A DNA stretch of 64,000 nucleotides. Source: an uncultured Clostridia bacterium. GTDB lineage: Bacteria; Bacillota; Clostridia; TANB77; CAG-508. Each line of letters starts with the position of its first letter. Positions within the stretch are counted from its first letter, which is position 1. Positions 39,133 to 50,228 of this stretch are shown here, in pieces. Under the pieces are notes generated by a model. The model had not been told where the DNA came from and ran no database searches. It worked only from the letters and a program-made list of their open reading frames with translations. The stretch spans positions 128,058-192,057 of the forward strand of contig CAKPIA010000001.1 of assembly GCA_934162205.1 (NCBI GenBank), given 5' to 3'. The position numbers and the translations under genes are program-made.

Positions 39133-40479
39133 TTAAAATCCATATGCTGAAAATAAGAAGTTACCCATATAAACTTGAACACATGGTACTAATACTACTA
39201 TAACAAAGAATATTAATACAACTCCTACTATTGAATAAACAACCTCCGGTAAAACTTTCATTATTTTTTCTAAAGTATTATCTATATCAATATCCATATA
39301 TTCTACAAGTTTTTCAACCATTTCTGTTAAATCTGTTTGCATACCAATTTTTAGCATTTCTGTTTCCATTGATGATGATAAATTTGATTTTTCAAAAGGT
39401 TCGATCCAAGAATCTCCTACTAATACATTGTTTATTGCTGTTTCTATCATAGATAACATTACATAGTTTTGTACTACGTTTTTACTTACTTCTAATGCAT
39501 CCTGAACCCTCATTCCATTTTTTAAGTTTAAAAGCATTGCCTTCATAAATCTTGAAAAATCCAATGAATAAATTAGTTTTCCAAAAATCGGCATTGTATA
39601 TTTAAAATAGTGAAAATTATATTTTCCTTTTGGTGTATTTATATAAAATAATATTGCTACTATAACTCCAGTAATAAGCATAAGAGGAATATACCAAAAC
39701 TCTATAAGTAAATTTACTACCTTTTGGAACCATAAAGTTATAGCTGGAAGTGTATCTTTTGTACCTAATTCTTCAAAAACATGTTGTATAGCTGGTATTG
39801 CAAATAATGTTCCAACAAAAAGCATTATTATTAATAAAACAAATTGTACCAAATTAGGAATTAAAATACCTCTTAATTTTTTTGTTACTCTTTCAGAATC
39901 ATCTAAATATTTTACAGCTTGTTTTAATGAGTTCTCAAGTGATCCTGATAATTCTCCAACTTTTATCATATTTATATAAATATATGGAAATACATTAGAA
40001 TAATATTCCATAGTTGTATACATATTTTCTCCTGCTTCAACCCCTGCTAATATATCTTCTAATATTCCCCTTAACGTATAATTTTCTGTACTATTAATTA
40101 TTGTAGTTAATGCATGTATATTATTAAAGTTAGCTTTTTTCAATAAGTAAAAGTTTTGAGTAAATACAACTAGATCTCTTGATGTTATACGTTCAGATTT
40201 TGCTAAATAAAGCATAGCTTTTTCTTTTGTTGACAATGATCTTTGTTTAGTTCTACTTACATTAGTTGTTGTTACATTTTTCATTATTTCTTGAATATCT
40301 GTAACATTTCTTTTTTGCTGTCTCTTTTGCTTAGATCTATATGCAACTTGATCAACCGATATTGGAATTATATTATTATTTTTTAATTTTTTAATTAAAA
40401 TTTGTTTACTTACTTCTTCTACTCTATTCCTTATTATTTGACCACTTTCAGTTACTGCTTTATAAATATATATTGGCAC
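39133..40479 (-). CDS. pilC: Type IV pilus platform protein PilC (GspF family).
   Basis: Two GspF repeats and three TM segments. Length is 448 aa. Confidence 0.85.
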   Translation of the reverse strand: MPIYIYKAVTESGQIIRNRVEEVSKQILIKKLKNNNIIPISVDQVAYRSKQKRQQKRNVTDIQEIMKNVTTTNVSRTKQRSLSTKEKAMLYLAKSERITSRDLVVFTQNFYLLKKANFNNIHALTTIINSTENYTLRGILEDILAGVEAGENMYTTMEYYSNVFPYIYINMIKVGELSGSLENSLKQAVKYLDDSERVTKKLRGILIPNLVQFVLLIIMLFVGTLFAIPAIQHVFEELGTKDTLPAITLWFQKVVNLLIEFWYIPLMLITGVIVAILFYINTPKGKYNFHYFKYTMPIFGKLIYSLDFSRFMKAMLLNLKNGMRVQDALEVSKNVVQNYVMLSMIETAINNVLVGDSWIEPFEKSNLSSSMETEMLKIGMQTDLTEMVEKLVEYMDIDIDNTLEKIMKVLPEVVYSIVGVVLIFFVIVVLVPCVQVYMGNFLFSAYGF

Positions 40480-40500
40480 AAATTACACCTCCTTATACTT

Positions 40501-41598
40501 TTATCCTTTTTTTATCTTTAATTGCATTATTGTTCTATTTAATGTCTCAATATTTTTTTCTTCTATTTGTGACTTAGCTTGTTCTAAAGTTATTTTATCA
40601 TCAACAAACAATTCTGCAATTGAATTAATTAATCCTATACTTCCTTTATCTAAATTACTTTGTATAGCATCTTCTATTTCTGAAACACTTATTTTTTCTT
40701 TTCTAATTATTCCCGCAACAATATTGTCAACAACCATTACTTCAGGAACTAATACTAATTTTCCATCAATTCCTTGTAGTAATCTTTGAGATAATACTAA
40801 TTTTAGTACTGAAGATAATAAATATTTTATACTTGCTTGATCTCTAACTTCATAGAAATTTATCATTCTATCTATTGTTTCTGCACAAGATTTTGTGTGC
40901 AATGTTCCTATTACTAAATGCCCTGACTCTGCCATTTCTATTGCTGCTTCCATAGTTACTTTATCTCTAATCTCTCCTATTACTAAAATATCACAGTCTT
41001 CTCTTAAAGAGTTTTTAACACCATCACTAAATGTTAATACATCTTTTCCTTTTCCTACTTCTTTTTGAACTATTAAAGATTTTTTTGAATGATGCTTATA
41101 TTCTATCGGATTTTCTAGTGTTAGTATTTTTTTGTTTTGGTTTTCATTTATTTCATTTATTAATGCATTTAATGTTGTTGTTTTTCCAGAGTTTGTTTTT
41201 CCAGTTACTAATATTAGTCCTTGTGGTTGATATGTCATTCTCCTTATTATATCTGGAACTCCTAATGATTCATATGTTGGCAATTCATTTTTTATTAATC
41301 TTAATGTACATATAGTCATATTATCTGCCAATGAAATATTTACTCTTAAACGTATTCCTTTATATTCATAAGATGTGTCAAGTTTTCTAGTAGTTCTATA
41401 AACCTCATCAGCGTCAACACTACCCTTTATTAGAAAATCATATATTTCTGTCATATCTTCTTCTGTCAACACATCCATTTCTTCAATTTCTTCTAATCTT
41501 CTCATTATTCTAAGTATTGGTTTATTATTACTTACTAAATGCACATCTGAAGCATCTCTTGCAATTGCTTCATCTAATATCTTATTCATGTCAACCAT
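40501..41598 (-). CDS. pilT: Type IV pilus retraction ATPase PilT.
   Basis: 365 aa. Walker A VTGKTNSGKTTT, Asp box, His box. No N-terminal GspE_N domain. Confidence 0.85.
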   Translation of the reverse strand: MVDMNKILDEAIARDASDVHLVSNNKPILRIMRRLEEIEEMDVLTEEDMTEIYDFLIKGSVDADEVYRTTRKLDTSYEYKGIRLRVNISLADNMTICTLRLIKNELPTYESLGVPDIIRRMTYQPQGLILVTGKTNSGKTTTLNALINEINENQNKKILTLENPIEYKHHSKKSLIVQKEVGKGKDVLTFSDGVKNSLREDCDILVIGEIRDKVTMEAAIEMAESGHLVIGTLHTKSCAETIDRMINFYEVRDQASIKYLLSSVLKLVLSQRLLQGIDGKLVLVPEVMVVDNIVAGIIRKEKISVSEIEDAIQSNLDKGSIGLINSIAELFVDDKITLEQAKSQIEEKNIETLNRTIMQLKIKKG

Positions 41599-41623
41599 GT
41601 TTTTTCCTCCGTTTAATTATATT

Positions 41624-43297
41624 TTAATATATTAGTAATTTTCTGTTTAACTCTTCCAAGTTAGTTTTTCCCTCAATTACTTTTTCAATACCATCTACTA
41701 TAAATGGTTTATAATCTTCTTCTAGTGCTTTTCTCATTATTTCTATACTAGATGCACCTTTCATTATTAATTCCTTAATATTATCTGTTATATCTAGTAT
41801 TTCAAATATTCCCATTCTATCTAAATATCCTGTATTATTACATTCCTTACAACCTACAGCATCATATGTTACCTTATTTTTCAAGTCAAATTCACAATTA
41901 TATTGTTTTCCTATTTTTTCAATTATATTTATTTCATCATCTGTAAATTTTCTTTCTTTCATACAATGTGGGCATAATTTTCTTACTAATCTTTGAGAAA
42001 TTGTTGTAGCTAAAGTACTAGCTATATCATAATCAGATAATCCCATTTTTCTTAATCTAGTTATTACTTCTACACTATTTATTGTGTGAATTGTTGATAA
42101 TACATAGTGTCCAGTTTGTCCAGCTTGTATTGCAATTTCTGCTGTTTCTCTATCTCTTATTTCTCCAACTAAGATTATATCTGGGTCTTGTCTTAATACT
42201 GTTCTTAATGATTCAGAAAATGTAATATTTTTGTCAATTTCTATTTGATTTAATCCATCTATTCTTATCTCTACTGGATCTTCTATTGTTGTTATATTTA
42301 TTTCTGGACTATTTAAATAATCAATTATACTATATAATGTTGTTGTTTTTCCTTCACCTGTAGGTGCAGCCATTATTGTCATACTATTTCTTTTATTTAT
42401 ACTTTTCTTCAATTTATCCTCTTCTGCTGGGAATCCTAATTCTAATATATTTTTAATATCAGAATCTTTTTTTAATAATCTTAAAACAAATTTTTCTCCA
42501 TAAACATTTTTTTGAGAAGATACACGAATATTATAGTCATCATATAATAATATTCTACCATCTTGTGATTCTTGTTTTTCTTGGTGCATATTTGATATAG
42601 CTTTTAATCTTCCAATCATTTGTGTTTGTTTATCTTTAGATATATTAGCAGCAGTATAAAGTTCACCATCAATTCTATATCTTACACGTACAGAATCTTC
42701 CATTGGCTCTATATGAATATCACTTGCTCTTTTTTCCATACCAGTTTTTATTATATTATCTATTAATTCTGTAATTGTATTCCCTTGTTCTGTAATATTT
42801 AAACTTTCAGATGCACTTCCTTCAGATGCTTTTAAATATTTTAATATATCACTCTCAAATGTTATATAAGAATCCATTATTAGACCTTTATTTAACATTA
42901 ATAATCTAATTGTTTCTATTGCTTTACTATTTGATGTTTCTGCAAAACACACTTTTATTCTACTATTTTCAATATCAAATGGTATAACTTTGTTTTTCTT
43001 TGCAACTTCCATTGAAATATAATCTGTAAGGTTTAATTTTATATCATAAGGTTTTAAAACAATTCCTTTTTCTCCTAATATTTCCCCTATTGCTTTTATT
43101 AATATATCAGAATCACATACTTGTAAAGTATATAATATATCACCTAATCTCATATTAGGATGTTTTCTTTGATATTGTAACGCCTCATCTATATTAGCTT
43201 CTGTTACAATTCCTCTTTTTACTAATTCTACTCCAATAGGTTGTCTTCTTCTTACTTCCATAATACTTCTTCCTTTCTTAGAATCTCTTACTTCCAT
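41624..43297 (-). CDS. pilB: Type IV pilus assembly ATPase PilB (GspE family).
   Basis: GspE_N domain, Walker A APTGEGKTTTL, tetracysteine CPHC...CKEC. The true start may be at the internal Met at about 43261. Confidence 0.85.
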   Translation of the reverse strand: MEVRDSKKGRSIMEVRRRQPIGVELVKRGIVTEANIDEALQYQRKHPNMRLGDILYTLQVCDSDILIKAIGEILGEKGIVLKPYDIKLNLTDYISMEVAKKNKVIPFDIENSRIKVCFAETSNSKAIETIRLLMLNKGLIMDSYITFESDILKYLKASEGSASESLNITEQGNTITELIDNIIKTGMEKRASDIHIEPMEDSVRVRYRIDGELYTAANISKDKQTQMIGRLKAISNMHQEKQESQDGRILLYDDYNIRVSSQKNVYGEKFVLRLLKKDSDIKNILELGFPAEEDKLKKSINKRNSMTIMAAPTGEGKTTTLYSIIDYLNSPEINITTIEDPVEIRIDGLNQIEIDKNITFSESLRTVLRQDPDIILVGEIRDRETAEIAIQAGQTGHYVLSTIHTINSVEVITRLRKMGLSDYDIASTLATTISQRLVRKLCPHCMKERKFTDDEINIIEKIGKQYNCEFDLKNKVTYDAVGCKECNNTGYLDRMGIFEILDITDNIKELIMKGASSIEIMRKALEEDYKPFIVDGIEKVIEGKTNLEELNRKLLIY

Positions 43298-43362
43298 TAT
43301 ACTTTATTTGTTTATAAATTTGTTGTTTTTTCGAAAATTACATATATTTACTAGTTTTTACA

Positions 43363-43839
43363 TTATTTTGAAGTTTTTAGTGTATATGTTGTATCTCTGG
43401 TATTTCCATTTACTGTTATTGTTACTTTTAATTTGTAATTTTTTTCATCACTAACATCCTCAAATTTACAATTATCGATATTGCTACATATTTTTATTTT
43501 ATTCAAATATATTGATTGATTTTTAAATGTATATTGTGTATATCCTAAATTTCCAATCTTTTCATCTTTATCATTTGGATTATAAAAAATAATGTAATTA
43601 TCATTTTTTCCGATATTTTGAGTATTACAATCATAAATAATATTTCCAGATTGATTAACTTCTTCTGTAAGAAATGTATTTAATTTTGTTATTTCTTCCA
43701 TTGAAGTTGTGTTATTTGATAATTTATTAACATTTCCGTAGTAATATCTTGTTATTACAGCTATTATGCCAACAATAATTATCATTGCTACAATATATAT
43801 AATTATTGAAGTAATTGTAATTCCCTTTTCAGATTTCAT
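43363..43839 (-). CDS. Pilin-like / minor pseudopilin (class III signal peptide lacking Glu5).
   Basis: MKSEKG|ITITSIIIYIVAMIIIVG. It sits in the pilus operon. Confidence 0.55.
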   Translation of the reverse strand: MKSEKGITITSIIIYIVAMIIIVGIIAVITRYYYGNVNKLSNNTTSMEEITKLNTFLTEEVNQSGNIIYDCNTQNIGKNDNYIIFYNPNDKDEKIGNLGYTQYTFKNQSIYLNKIKICSNIDNCKFEDVSDEKNYKLKVTITVNGNTRDTTYTLKTSK

Positions 43840-43850
43840 TTTTTCTCCTT

Positions 43851-44270
43851 TTAATTATTTAATATCCATGTATATATATTTAGGTTTTGTTCATTTTTTC
43901 CTACTAAGTATTTAACATTAACTGTAACTTTTTTTGCAACATGAGTACCATCTGTGTTAATTTCATTAAATTGTAATACATCTGTCTCATTTTCACATTT
44001 GGTATCTATTGTGTAACCATTTAAACTTGCATATTTTGAATCAATATATGATTTTAAATAATCTTCTGTAAGATTTTCAAAACTTGTTCCTTTAGCATAT
44101 TCTAGTATATCAATCATTATAGATGTTGCTTTTTCTTTTCTTTCTACTTTCTTTGACTCTATTGCAAAATTATATAAAACTGTTGTTATTATTCCTGCAA
44201 ATATTATAACAATTATTATTGCAATTGATATATCTATTCCTGTAAATCCATTACTTTTTCTTAAATTCAT
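43851..44270 (-). CDS. Pilin-like / minor pseudopilin.
   Basis: MNLRKSNG|FTGIDISIAIIIVIIF has a prepilin-like leader with Asp at +5. Confidence 0.55.
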   Translation of the reverse strand: MNLRKSNGFTGIDISIAIIIVIIFAGIITTVLYNFAIESKKVERKEKATSIMIDILEYAKGTSFENLTEDYLKSYIDSKYASLNGYTIDTKCENETDVLQFNEINTDGTHVAKKVTVNVKYLVGKNEQNLNIYTWILNN

Positions 44271-44288
44271 ATATCTTCTCCTTTTAAC

Positions 44289-45077
44289 TTAAGAAACTAA
44301 AAATGTAATAATTAAAAATACTATTATATTTGAAATGCTTAAAAAATATCCAATTGGTAATTTATATGTTGCCTTTGTTTTTATTGATTTGTTTTTTATT
44401 TTATATATTAATAAATAAATTGCAATTGCAAATAAGGCAATTATTATTGTATTTATTGTTACATATTCAGCAGTAAATATAATCATTATTGTTAATAATG
44501 TTAAAATTCCAATTGTATAATTTTCTTTTTTCTTCTTTTTTGTTATTATAAACTGAACTATTGTAAGTAACACATATATTGCCAAATATATAATATATCT
44601 ATATATACTAACTTTTTCTATTATATATAGATATACTATATATAAAACTGAAATTACTCCACCAAATATTAGTACAGATTTGTCTATTTTTATATTTTCT
44701 TTATCTATTCCTGCTATTAAAAATATAAATGTTAAATATAGAATTACAAAAATAAAATAAATATATAAATTTATACTTGTTTGCATATTTATATTTAATG
44801 ATAAAGCAAATAATAAAAATGTTAATCCAGACATAATTTCAAAAATTATATATCTAGGGCTTATTTTTTTACCACAATGTTTGCATTTTCCTTTTAAAAA
44901 TATATAACTTAAAACTGGAATCAACTCAAAAAAACCTAATTTTGAATTACAATTAGGGCAATAAGAGTGTGTATGTGTTATATCTTGTTTTATTGGTATT
45001 CTATATGTTGCAAGTGTAAAAAAGCTTCCAAATAATGTTCCAATTATAAATATTGTTATATATATTATTGTATTCAT
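44289..45077 (-). CDS. pilD: Prepilin peptidase PilD (A24 family).
   Basis: N-terminal CxxC...CxxC zinc motif and polytopic membrane topology. Length is 262 aa. Confidence 0.8.
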   Translation of the reverse strand: MNTIIYITIFIIGTLFGSFFTLATYRIPIKQDITHTHSYCPNCNSKLGFFELIPVLSYIFLKGKCKHCGKKISPRYIIFEIMSGLTFLLFALSLNINMQTSINLYIYFIFVILYLTFIFLIAGIDKENIKIDKSVLIFGGVISVLYIVYLYIIEKVSIYRYIIYLAIYVLLTIVQFIITKKKKKENYTIGILTLLTIMIIFTAEYVTINTIIIALFAIAIYLLIYKIKNKSIKTKATYKLPIGYFLSISNIIVFLIITFLVS

Positions 45078-45154
45078 TTATTTTCCTACCCTTTATAGAA
45101 ATTTAGGCATATACATATAATGCATATGCCTTTTATTAAATTTCAATTGATTAA

Positions 45155-45577
45155 TTATTCAGCTGTAGCTGTCCAACCAGCAGCTGTAAATCCACCATCT
45201 TTATCAACTGTAGCTTCTTCAGTTTTTCCATCTGAGTTTTTGTTTACTGTTGTTATTTTTCCAGAAGCAAATGAATAATGTTTGTCATTTTTCATATATT
45301 TTGTACTGTTAGCAGTTAACCAATCAGAAAATGTATCAGTTGTTGGTGTTGTAGCTACGTATTTAGCTTCCATATATGCTGTATATGCAGCATTTAAATC
45401 TAAAGCAGCAGCTTCTTTATCTTCAGCTATTTTGCTTGTATCAACAGCTTTTGTAGCTCTACCTAATAATCCATTATCACCTGTTAACATAGCGATTGAT
45501 ACACCTGCTAATATTAATAATACGATTATTGTGATTACTAAAGCAACTAAAGTAATACCTTTTTGATTTTTCATCAT
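45155..45577 (-). CDS. Candidate major pilin with a prepilin leader lacking Glu5.
   Basis: MMKNQKG|ITLVALVITIIVLLILAGV is parallel to clostridial PilA KG|FTLVEL but has Ala at +5. Length is 140 aa. Confidence 0.6.
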   Translation of the reverse strand: MMKNQKGITLVALVITIIVLLILAGVSIAMLTGDNGLLGRATKAVDTSKIAEDKEAAALDLNAAYTAYMEAKYVATTPTTDTFSDWLTANSTKYMKNDKHYSFASGKITTVNKNSDGKTEEATVDKDGGFTAAGWTATAE

Positions 45578-45673
45578 TTGAAATCCTCCTTCTTTATAAA
45601 ATTTTCTTTTGTATATATTTATTTAAATAAATATAACCTAACTCTAATAAATTTTTACATCCTTTTTGTTTTA

Positions 45674-46132
45674 TTATTTTGTTCCTGTATCTGGAAATAA
45701 TGTTTTATTTGCTGTTGTATTTGTCTTTGTTGTGTTATTTTCTGTTACACTATTTCCATTTGTATTTGAACTTGTACTTGAATTTGTTGTTGTTTGATTA
45801 CCAGCTGTTTGATTATTATCTTCTGTTGTATTTACATTTTCTTGTTGATAAGAAGAAAATGGATTTGCTTTTCCTGAATTATAATCTCCTTGTTTCTCAT
45901 AGTTGTCCAAATCTGTTTCGTCTATTTTATATGTTAATATTACTTGACTATTTTCTGCATCAACTGACTCTTGAATGGCTTTCTTTACTTCTTCGGTTTG
46001 TGTATACGAAACTTCTTGAGGTACAATTTTATTTGAAGGAACATAGTTATATAAAACTACACCTAATACCAATATAATTGCCAAACATAATAATAATATA
46101 ATTATTGTTTCTCTAATAATTGTTTTAGCCAT
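45674..46132 (-). CDS. Membrane-anchored Ser/Thr/Asn-rich protein in the pilus operon.
   Basis: N-terminal TM segment and a low-complexity T/N/S-rich C-terminus. Confidence 0.5.
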   Translation of the reverse strand: MAKTIIRETIIILLLCLAIILVLGVVLYNYVPSNKIVPQEVSYTQTEEVKKAIQESVDAENSQVILTYKIDETDLDNYEKQGDYNSGKANPFSSYQQENVNTTEDNNQTAGNQTTTNSSTSSNTNGNSVTENNTTKTNTTANKTLFPDTGTK

Positions 46133-46148
46133 TTTTAATTCCTTTCTT

Positions 46149-46895
46149 TTATTGATTTGTTGTTCCTGTTGTATTTACTGCTGAACCAGTAGTACTTGCT
46201 GGTTGTGTGCTTGTACTATTTTTCATTGTTGTATTACTTCCTGTTGCAGATGCAGAGTTTGTATTTGTATCAGTTGTACTTGGTGTTGATGAATATGTTA
46301 CATTTGAAGATTCAATGTTTATACTAATATCTTTGCATACGAAACTTCCTGTTAATATATTCGTATCACTACCTGGTTGTAAACTAAACTCTTCTATTTT
46401 AAATCCTAATGATGTATCATTTTCTATGTCATATATAAAATCTGCAATTCCTACATATTGTCCATTTACTGTAAATTGTAAGTTATATAATCCTTGAGTT
46501 CCTGTTGAGCTATTTTTTAAGTCTATTTTCATTGTTACTCCTTCTTTTTTAGCCCAATTTCCTATTTTAGTCCACAAATATTCTATCTCGTATTTTTCTA
46601 TTTTGGCTGCACTTTGTACTTGTTCATCTGTACTAATTGTAACCATGTTATCATATTTTTCTTTTTCGCTTTTTAAGTCTTTCATACTTTTAGTTATATT
46701 TGATATTTGTGTTGGATAATCAGTGCTAATTAATTTTGAAGCAACTGAAATTTTTTCATCTAAATTTTCATTTAATTCTTTTATTTCTTTTAAACCTGAA
46801 ATTCTATAATTTATTATTGTTATTCCGTTATAACACATATATCCTGCTACTGCTAATAATATAACAATTAAAACAGATATTAATAATTTTCTCAT
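46149..46895 (-). CDS. pilO: PilO-like pilus assembly protein.
   Basis: Bitopic: N-terminal TM segment, coiled coil, C-terminal domain. The T/S-rich tail suggests glycosylation. Confidence 0.55.
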   Translation of the reverse strand: MRKLLISVLIVILLAVAGYMCYNGITIINYRISGLKEIKELNENLDEKISVASKLISTDYPTQISNITKSMKDLKSEKEKYDNMVTISTDEQVQSAAKIEKYEIEYLWTKIGNWAKKEGVTMKIDLKNSSTGTQGLYNLQFTVNGQYVGIADFIYDIENDTSLGFKIEEFSLQPGSDTNILTGSFVCKDISINIESSNVTYSSTPSTTDTNTNSASATGSNTTMKNSTSTQPASTTGSAVNTTGTTNQ

Positions 46896-48529
46896 GGCAA
46901 GTCTCCTTCTATTGTAACTTTTACAACATCATTTTCTTTAACACCACTATTTGATATTACATCTGTTAAAACATTTGCAGATTTTATCTTTGCCTTAAAA
47001 TATCCTATTTGTTCATATTTATCCGCTTGTACTTTTATAACAATATGTTTATTAGTTGTGTTTTCTATAGATGTAATTTGTACATTTTCTGGAATGTCTG
47101 TCATAACTTTATATAATAAATTTGGTATAGAATTTCTAGTTTGGTTTATTTCATTTATTCTATCAGATAATTCTTGTAAATTTTGTATTAATTGTGTATA
47201 TTCATTTTTTCTAGTTTTTATTCTATTTTCATCTTGTCTTGCTAATGATATCTGTGAATTGGTATTATTTATTACTTTTGCTACTTCATCTTGTTTTTTA
47301 TTAATTTGTTTTGTAAGTAACGCCGAAAATCCACTAAATATTATTATAAATATCAAAATGCCTACTGCTGTTCTTAGCAAATTATATTCTACCCCATCTA
47401 GTTTTGCACTAAAATCAAAATTAATGTTTATATTGCTTTTTTTCTTATTTGTAGTATTTTTATTTTTTTCCTTATTCTTTGTTTTATCTAACTCAGGCAT
47501 TGTTATTGAAAGTTTATCCATTAATGTTGTTTTTTTAAAGTTCATTCCTTCGATGCCTTCATTAAGTCCTTGTAAAGCTAAAGATATTGCTGAATTAACT
47601 TCTATATAATCTTTTATATTTGTTTCTTTTATAAGTTTTTTTATAAAATATGGTTTTAATATTTCACATTTAACTCCTGTTAAATACTCTTGAAAATATA
47701 AATCAATATTATTTATTGCAGAAGCTGTTCCAGTTATATAAACTACCTCTATTCTATTTAAACTTTCATTTATTATTTTTTGTACTCTTCCTACTATATT
47801 AAATAATGTAGGCATAATATCTTCTAAATGTCCTTGTGTATCTTCTCCTAATTCTCTTCCTTCAGCTGTATATATTGTTGTATTTTTACATATTTCGTAA
47901 GATTTAGAAAAAGAATTTTCTTTCATGTTTATTTTTTGTAAAATTTCTTCACTGCCTTGATCTAATGTTTCAACATTATAAATTTTTTCATCAATAATTG
48001 TTGTTATTCTTGTTTTATTTTCTATATTAACTATAATTGAATTTTGCTTAGGTTGTAAATCTGCAATATTTGGAATAGTCATAGAAATTGGAGATATATT
48101 TGTTAATCTATATTTAGTAAAATCTTGTAGTTTTTTATTTATTTCTATCTTATTTGCAGCTACATGTATTACTTTGATTTTTTCTTTGTCTTCGGTATTG
48201 TCTACTAAAGCATATCTTTTTTCAAAAACATTTGGATTATACCCTTTATCTGAGCAATATGATTCAAATTCAACTTCTATAGCTTTTTGCAAATCTTTTT
48301 TTGATAATAGTGAAAACATATTAAAATAAGTATACATTTCTTCTGATAAATTTACACTTATTGGTGTTTTGTAGCTATAAGTTTCCTCTATTATTTGATT
48401 TATAGCATTTGTCAAATTTTCATAGAACTTAATTCCAAACGACTCAATTTTTATATTATCATGGTCTTTGGAAACTTTTGCATATTTAATTATGTTTTCT
48501 TCAATATATAAACCTAAACATTGAGCCAT
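46892..48529 (-). CDS. pilMN: PilM-PilN fusion protein.
   Basis: N-terminal actin-like PilM fold (about 330 aa), then a TM segment and a coiled-coil PilN-like region. Length is 545 aa. Confidence 0.6.
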   Translation of the reverse strand: MAQCLGLYIEENIIKYAKVSKDHDNIKIESFGIKFYENLTNAINQIIEETYSYKTPISVNLSEEMYTYFNMFSLLSKKDLQKAIEVEFESYCSDKGYNPNVFEKRYALVDNTEDKEKIKVIHVAANKIEINKKLQDFTKYRLTNISPISMTIPNIADLQPKQNSIIVNIENKTRITTIIDEKIYNVETLDQGSEEILQKINMKENSFSKSYEICKNTTIYTAEGRELGEDTQGHLEDIMPTLFNIVGRVQKIINESLNRIEVVYITGTASAINNIDLYFQEYLTGVKCEILKPYFIKKLIKETNIKDYIEVNSAISLALQGLNEGIEGMNFKKTTLMDKLSITMPELDKTKNKEKNKNTTNKKKSNININFDFSAKLDGVEYNLLRTAVGILIFIIIFSGFSALLTKQINKKQDEVAKVINNTNSQISLARQDENRIKTRKNEYTQLIQNLQELSDRINEINQTRNSIPNLLYKVMTDIPENVQITSIENTTNKHIVIKVQADKYEQIGYFKAKIKSANVLTDVISNSGVKENDVVKVTIEGDLP

Positions 48530-48730
48530 TTTATTCTCCTTCTAAATTTACTATTAATATAATTTACAAATTATTGATAAACAATACTTGTATTTAATTT
48601 AAAATTTGTATTTTTTTTCATTTATTTGTAATATTTACACAAATTTTGTATGATATTATTTTATATTTTTTAATGTAAAAGTCAATAACTTTAATTAAAC
48701 TGTAAAGAAAATGTAATAGTTTTGTAATAT

Positions 48731-50077
48731 TTAGTCTTTTTTATATATTTTGCATATAAAAAAGCCATCATTTGTATTATTAGGATATATTTTTATATAC
48801 TTATTTTCTACTAAATATTTGCTTATTTCTACATTATTTGTAATATTTTCATATCTAGATATTTTATATTCAGGATTTTTATTTAAAAAACTATCTATTA
48901 TATTTTGGTTTTCTTCTTCAAAAATACTACATGTAGAATATACCAATTCTCCACCTTTTTTTAAATATTTTGAACAAGTTTCTAAAATTTGCATTTGAAT
49001 TTTTGTTATTTCATTAATATTTTCTTTTTTTCTCTGCCACTTTATATCTGGTTTTCTTCTTATTACTCCAGTTCCTAAGCACAATACATCTAATAAAATT
49101 TTATCAAATTTTTCAAAATATTCTTCCTTATATATTGTTGCATCATTTAAATAAGTCTCAATTATATTTATTCCTAACCTTTTATAATTTTGTTTTATTA
49201 AATTAAGTCTATGATCATATATATCCCATGCAATAATTTTCCCTTTATTATTCATAATTTCTGCTAAATGAGTTGTTTTTCCTCCTGGTGCACTACAAGC
49301 ATCTAAAACTATTTCATTTTCTAAAGGATTTAAAACAATAGAAGCCATACCTGCAGATTCATCTTGTACTGTAAAATAGCCCTCTTTAAACAAATCTAAA
49401 TTTTCTATATCCTTTAGTCCATCTATTGTTATAAAATTACTTAACTTCCCATCTTGACAATTTATATTTCTTTCTTTTAATTTTTCTTTTAATTCATTTT
49501 TTGTTATTTTTAATCTGTTTACTCTTATACTTGTTTTTGGCTTTATATTAAAACTTTTGCATATTTTTTCCACTTCTTTTTCATTTTTTTCTTTTAGCAA
49601 TTCCCCTACAATCCACTCTGGAGTTGATGTGATTTTTGAAATTCTTTCTATGTTATTTTCTATTTTATTAAATTCTTTCATATCTTCTTTACCAACTTTT
49701 CTTAGTATTGCATTAACAAAATTACTACTCCCTTTATGTCCATATCTTTTAGCTAAATTAACACTTTCATTTACTGCAGCTGATTTTGGAATTTTATCTA
49801 AAAATATTATTTGGTATATTCCCATTCTTAAAATATTTAAAATCCATGGTGATATTTTTTTCATTTTTATACTTGAATATTTCTTTATTATTTCATCAAT
49901 TGTTAATTTCCAAGAAACAGTTCCATAAACTATTTCCGATATTAAACCTATATCTCTTGAATCTAAATTATTTTTATTTTGTTTTATCATTTCATCTAAA
50001 GCTAAATTAGAATATGTTTCTTCTTTATCTATTTTATACAGAGTTTTTAATGCAACTTCTCTTGTTTTATCTATCAT
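48731..50077 (-). CDS. rsmB: 16S rRNA (cytosine967-C5)-methyltransferase RsmB.
   Basis: NusB-like N-terminal domain plus a Fmu/RsmB methyltransferase core. Length is 448 aa. Confidence 0.85.
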   Translation of the reverse strand: MIDKTREVALKTLYKIDKEETYSNLALDEMIKQNKNNLDSRDIGLISEIVYGTVSWKLTIDEIIKKYSSIKMKKISPWILNILRMGIYQIIFLDKIPKSAAVNESVNLAKRYGHKGSSNFVNAILRKVGKEDMKEFNKIENNIERISKITSTPEWIVGELLKEKNEKEVEKICKSFNIKPKTSIRVNRLKITKNELKEKLKERNINCQDGKLSNFITIDGLKDIENLDLFKEGYFTVQDESAGMASIVLNPLENEIVLDACSAPGGKTTHLAEIMNNKGKIIAWDIYDHRLNLIKQNYKRLGINIIETYLNDATIYKEEYFEKFDKILLDVLCLGTGVIRRKPDIKWQRKKENINEITKIQMQILETCSKYLKKGGELVYSTCSIFEEENQNIIDSFLNKNPEYKISRYENITNNVEISKYLVENKYIKIYPNNTNDGFFICKIYKKD

Positions 50078-50228
50078 TTATTTTCTCCTTTATAATTTTG
50101 TCCAATTTTATAATATACAAATTATATTTTGAATAATTATATTATTAAAAGAAAATATTTTCCATATATTTTGTATATTTTTTCAATTTTAGGAAAATAT
50201 ATTTTTAAAAGATTTTAGGAGGTATTTT

